Of a DNA stretch of 64,000 nt, positions 60,292 through 64,000 are shown piece after piece; positions within the stretch are counted from its first letter, which is position 1; every line of letters begins with the position of its first letter. Source of the stretch: an uncultured Gemmatimonadales bacterium (GTDB lineage: Bacteria; Gemmatimonadota; Gemmatimonadetes; Gemmatimonadales; Gemmatimonadaceae); assembly GCA_963707505.1 (NCBI GenBank), contig CAVPQB010000004.1, positions 1,248,001-1,312,000 of the forward strand, read 5' to 3'. The notes under the pieces are model-generated. The model was not told where the DNA came from and ran no database searches. It worked only from the letters and a program-made list of their open reading frames with translations. The translations under genes were made by a program, and so were the position numbers.

Positions 60292-60959
60292 GCGATCGGT
60301 ACCAAGGTGGGTGCAGCCAGCCGGAGCGTCTCGGAGGAGATCGCACCCGGCCGAATGACGCGCGGTCGAGCACCCATGCAATCTACAACTGTGGATGGCT
60401 CCGATTGCCGGAGTGTCCCGCCGTCCAGCACGCGAAGCCTGTCACGTGCGACGGCGTCCCACCAGTCGCGCAGAATCGTCGCTGCAGAATCTGCGGGCGG
60501 TGTCCCGGGCCTGTTCGCGCTCGTGGATGTGATCGGGTCGCCGTATGCGCGGATCAGTCTGCCGAGCGCCACATGGGACGTCCACCGAACAGCCACGCCG
60601 CCTTCGGGGCCGCGCAGCTCCGGCGGCACGCGTTTGTCTCCGCCTGGCAGAACGAGCGTCAGCGGTCCGGGCCAGAATCGTGCGGCAAGCGACGACGCTG
60701 CATGTGTCATGTGAAGATCCAGTCGTGACAGCATGTCGACGCCGGCAACGAGCAGAAGAAATGGCTTGCCGCGCGGACGCGACTTGAGCGCGACGAGATT
60801 GCGTACGGATTCGTAGTCCGCCCCGCCGCCGAAACCGTACACAGTTTCGGTGGGATAGGCGAGCACGCGTCGCTGATTGAGATGCGCGATCGTATCATGC
60901 AGCGACGCCTCGACTTCCTCTTCGGACCAGAATGGAACCGCGCGCGGAGGTACTTTCAT
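60288..60959 (-). CDS. tsaC: L-threonylcarbamoyladenylate synthase (TsaC/Sua5/YrdC)
   Basis: YPTETVYG, K.RP..KP, FWPGPLTLV, STSAN, PSTVVD, RPGAI. Confidence 0.94.
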   Translation of the reverse strand: MKVPPRAVPFWSEEEVEASLHDTIAHLNQRRVLAYPTETVYGFGGGADYESVRNLVALKSRPRGKPFLLLVAGVDMLSRLDLHMTHAASSLAARFWPGPLTLVLPGGDKRVPPELRGPEGGVAVRWTSHVALGRLIRAYGDPITSTSANRPGTPPADSAATILRDWWDAVARDRLRVLDGGTLRQSEPSTVVDCMGARPRVIRPGAISSETLRLAAPTLVPIA

Positions 60960-61654
60960 TCGCTGAGCATGCTCAGCGCTTCGGCGCGCGCGAAATCAGC
61001 TTCGGTGGTGACCTTCATAGCTCGCTCGCTGCCGGGAATCACGACGACCGGATATCCATAGTGTTCGCACAACGCAGCATCATCGGTGCCGGAAATTCCT
61101 TCGCGATTGGCGCGCCGCGTCACGTCGTCGATCATTTCGCGCGGGAACGCCTGAGGTGTCTGCGCGCGCCAGAGACCGCCGCGCTCGACGGTCTGCGTGA
61201 TCCTGCCGTCTGCATCAACGCGCTTCAGCGTATCGATTTCCGGAAGGGCTGCGATGGCGCCGGTTCCGTTCCGCGCCGCCGCAATGACAGCATCTACTGT
61301 TGTCCCGAGGACCAGTGGACGCGCCGCGTCGTGGATCACGACGATGCGCGCTTCAACCGGGAGATCATCGAGGCCGCTGCGCACGGAGGCACCGCGCTGG
61401 GAGCCTCCCACTCCGATCAGTAATCGGCTCAGATCGCTCTGAAAGATCCATGGCGGCGGATCACCGGCGTACTGTTTCGGAAGCACGGCAACTACCATGC
61501 ACACGTCGGCACGTTGCTGAAATAGCTGTACGCTGTGCAGCAGCATCGGCTTGCCGGCGACCCAGCGAAATTGTTTCAGCTCATTGGAGCCGGTGCGCGT
61601 GCCGGTCCCACCGGCGACTATTACCACGCCGACGTCCTGCACCGTTTCCGTCAT
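60956..61654 (-). CDS. ispD: 2-C-methyl-D-erythritol 4-phosphate cytidylyltransferase
   Basis: AGGTGTR, KQF, IHDAARP, DTLK, AQTPQAF, TDDA, KVTT. Confidence 0.96.
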   Translation of the reverse strand: MTETVQDVGVVIVAGGTGTRTGSNELKQFRWVAGKPMLLHSVQLFQQRADVCMVVAVLPKQYAGDPPPWIFQSDLSRLLIGVGGSQRGASVRSGLDDLPVEARIVVIHDAARPLVLGTTVDAVIAAARNGTGAIAALPEIDTLKRVDADGRITQTVERGGLWRAQTPQAFPREMIDDVTRRANREGISGTDDAALCEHYGYPVVVIPGSERAMKVTTEADFARAEALSMLSE

Positions 61655-63048
61655 GAAAACAGTCGCTTGAACATTTCAGCGATCGTCGCAACGCCGGTGG
61701 CCTTCACGTCCCTTGGAATGCGGCCGCTGGCCGACCGTTGCGCCACAAAAGCGTTGCGCATTCCCATCTTCGCCGCCTCGGCGAGGCGACGCTCGGTCTG
61801 CGCGACGGGACGAATCTCACCGCCCAGTCCCACCTCGCCGATGAATACGGCATCGGACGGCAACGCACGATCGTACACGCTCGATGCAAGCGCGGCTGCG
61901 ACCGCAAGATCGCCCGCCGGTTCTCGCAACTGGACGCCCCCGACGACGTTGATGAACACGTCGAGCGACGAGAACGAGAGTCCTGCACGCTTGTCCAGAA
62001 CCGCGAGCAGCAGAGCGAGCTTGCGTCCGTCGTACCCTGTGCTCACTCGCTGCGGAGTACCGTAACCGGCCTTGGCCGCGAGCGCCTGGACTTCGATCAG
62101 AATCGGACGGGATCCTTCCAGCAGCGTGGTTACGGCGCTGCCCGAGGCGATGTCGTGTCTGTCACCAAGGAATAGCTCGGATGGATTCGCAACCGGCTCG
62201 AGTCCATTCTCGTGCATGCGAAAGACGCCGATCTCATCCACGCTGCCAAAGCGATTCTTCGTTGCGCGCAGCACGCGGTGATCCAGCGTGCCCTCGCCCT
62301 CGAAATAGAGAACCGTATCGACGATGTGCTCGAGCGTCTTGGGCCCTGCAATGCCGCCGCCCTTGGTGACGTGCCCGACGAGGAACACGCTCGTCCCGGA
62401 CGCCTTGGCGAAATGCATGAGGCGAGCAGCCGACTCGCGCACCTGTCCCACGTTTCCGGGGGCGCCTTCGAGATCGGATGTGAATACGGTCTGGATCGAA
62501 TCGACGATCATCACCGCAGGTGCTTGCGCAGATGCGGTTGCCAGGATCGTCTCGAGATTCGTCTCGCTCAACAACGCGACGTTCTGCGCCGAATCACCGA
62601 GTCTGTCAGCGCGCAGCTTGACCTGAAGCGGTGACTCTTCACCGGACACGTACAGTACTTCGTGCTCGCGTCCCTGCAGCGTGGCTGCGACCTGAAGCAG
62701 CAACGTGGATTTTCCGATACCGGGTTCGCCGCCGATGAGTACGACAGATCCCGGGACGATGCCACCGCCGAGCACGAAATCGAATTCACCGATCCCGGTC
62801 TTCCATCGCCGCGCTTCGGAGCCGTGTACGTCGCGGAGACGTGGCGCCGCGATCGCAGTCCCGCCAGCGGATAGCGATGCCGTCCCGCCCCGGCGGCGCG
62901 CGCTTGCTCCCGTCGCACTCGCGGGTGCGGATACGATCTCCTCGACCAGAGTGTTCCAGTCACCGCAAACGTCGCAGCGGCCGGCCCACTTCGGATGATC
63001 AGCTCCGCAATTGGTGCATCTGTAGATCGTTCTCGCCTTTGGACTCAC
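61651..63048 (-). CDS. radA: DNA repair protein RadA/Sms
   Basis: CTNC...CDVC zinc finger, GEPGIGKSTLL, KNRFG, Lon-like C-terminal domain. Confidence 0.98.
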   Translation of the reverse strand: MSPKARTIYRCTNCGADHPKWAGRCDVCGDWNTLVEEIVSAPASATGASARRRGGTASLSAGGTAIAAPRLRDVHGSEARRWKTGIGEFDFVLGGGIVPGSVVLIGGEPGIGKSTLLLQVAATLQGREHEVLYVSGEESPLQVKLRADRLGDSAQNVALLSETNLETILATASAQAPAVMIVDSIQTVFTSDLEGAPGNVGQVRESAARLMHFAKASGTSVFLVGHVTKGGGIAGPKTLEHIVDTVLYFEGEGTLDHRVLRATKNRFGSVDEIGVFRMHENGLEPVANPSELFLGDRHDIASGSAVTTLLEGSRPILIEVQALAAKAGYGTPQRVSTGYDGRKLALLLAVLDKRAGLSFSSLDVFINVVGGVQLREPAGDLAVAAALASSVYDRALPSDAVFIGEVGLGGEIRPVAQTERRLAEAAKMGMRNAFVAQRSASGRIPRDVKATGVATIAEMFKRLFS

Positions 63049-64000
63049 TAGCTCCCCTGCCCGCCTCCACTCTGGCGGCCGGAATAGTTCTCGAAGCGGG
63101 TGTACTGCCGATTGAAGAACAACGTGACGTTCCCCGTAGGCCCGTTGCGCTGCTTTCCAATAATTACCTCGGCGAGTCCCTGCGAGGTTTTCCCATCCTT
63201 GTCGGGTACACTCGGATCCTTGCCTTCCAGAACGTCGTAATACTCCTGCCGGTAGAGAAACATGACGACGTCGGCGTCCTGCTCGATGGCACCCGACTCA
63301 CGCAGATCGGACAGTTGCGGACGCTTGTTGTCGCCCGCTCGCTGCTCCGGCGCGCGACTCAGCTGTGACAGCGCGATGACCGGTACCCGCAGCTCGCGCG
63401 CAAGCGCCTTGAGCGAGCGCGATATGGTGCTGATCTCCTGCTGTCTGTTTTCCGATGAGGCCGGCCCCTGCATCAACTGAAGGTAGTCGACGACGATCAT
63501 TCCAATGTCGTTCTCGGCTTTGAGTCGCCGCGCCTTGGATCGCATCTCGAGCAGCGAGATCGCTGGCGTGTCGTCGATCCACACCGGCGCCTGACTCAGA
63601 AGACCGGCCGCGCGTCCGAGCTGCACGAACTCGTCGTCGCGCAGCTTGCCCTTGCGCAGGCGCTGTGCATCGACGCGCGCCTCGCTCGTGAGCATGCGTT
63701 GCAGCAGCGACTGCTTGCTCATCTCGAGCGAGAAGAATGCGACAGGAGTCTTCGCGTCGAGCGCTGCGTTCTGTGCGATATTGAGGACGAAGGCGGTATT
63801 GTGCACGCAGATGTCGTTCGCGACGAAGTTGTGCGAATTCGGAATCGTTAGGTCATACACCTGCTTCATTCCCACCGGCTCGATCGAAACGATCTCGTCC
63901 CAATAAACCTCACTCTCAGCCAGCGCTGTCAGCTGCTCATCCGCGAGAGGCCTCGCAAGTGACGCCCACGATTCTGTTTGCTTCGACGTGCCGATGCGAG
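63048..64000 (-). CDS. dnaB: Replicative DNA helicase, intein-containing; 5' end outside the window
   Basis: TAFVLNIA, FFSLEM, VDYLQLM, LSQLSR, LSDLRESGAIEQDAD, KQRNGP; the frame is open to the window edge. Confidence 0.96.
   Translation of the reverse strand, partial: RIGTSKQTESWASLARPLADEQLTALAESEVYWDEIVSIEPVGMKQVYDLTIPNSHNFVANDICVHNTAFVLNIAQNAALDAKTPVAFFSLEMSKQSLLQRMLTSEARVDAQRLRKGKLRDDEFVQLGRAAGLLSQAPVWIDDTPAISLLEMRSKARRLKAENDIGMIVVDYLQLMQGPASSENRQQEISTISRSLKALARELRVPVIALSQLSRAPEQRAGDNKRPQLSDLRESGAIEQDADVVMFLYRQEYYDVLEGKDPSVPDKDGKTSQGLAEVIIGKQRNGPTGNVTLFFNRQYTRFENYSGRQSGGGQGS
63798..64000 (-). mobile_element. Intein C-terminal part inserted in the DnaB Walker A motif
   Basis: VYWDEIVSIE..G.KQVYDLTIPNSHNFVANDICVHN (blocks F/G), terminal His-Asn followed by the extein +1 Thr. 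Confidence 0.95.

Overview
GC-rich bacterial chromosomal segment, most likely Gemmatimonadota (inferred from gene order and lineage-typical protein features). It is almost entirely minus-strand housekeeping genes: dnaB (with an intein)-radA-ispD-tsaC-LMW phosphatase-aroE-comF-gap-pgk-tpiA-secG-carA; ihf/HU-moaDEA-mdh-sdhCAB; a complete nuoA-N operon running into pmm, UPF0182, arcC, sucCD and ndk; and yceD-rpmF-plsX-fabHDG-acpP-fabF-mqnE-mqnA. Three accessory blocks interrupt this backbone. (1) 8.1-9.6 kb: a BrnA antitoxin remnant, a tandem cupredoxin-like lipoprotein and a small membrane protein. (2) 31.2-39.8 kb: a lanthanide-type PQQ alcohol/methanol dehydrogenase (XoxF-like), XoxJ and cytochrome c, all with lipoboxes, co-transcribed with a caa3-type oxidase whose K-channel Lys is replaced by Gln, plus a divergent YVTN propeller. 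(3) 46.3-53.5 kb: a probably membrane-anchored SARP/BTAD-TPR regulator divergent from four exported proteins of unknown function (one with an OmpA-like domain), with repeated CGTTA(C/T)C boxes between them. Scattered frameshifts, mostly single-base insertions and some in nuoF/nuoM/pmm, look like long-read assembly errors. One probably creates an apparent pgk-tpiA fusion. No rRNA, tRNA, CRISPR array or transposase was seen.
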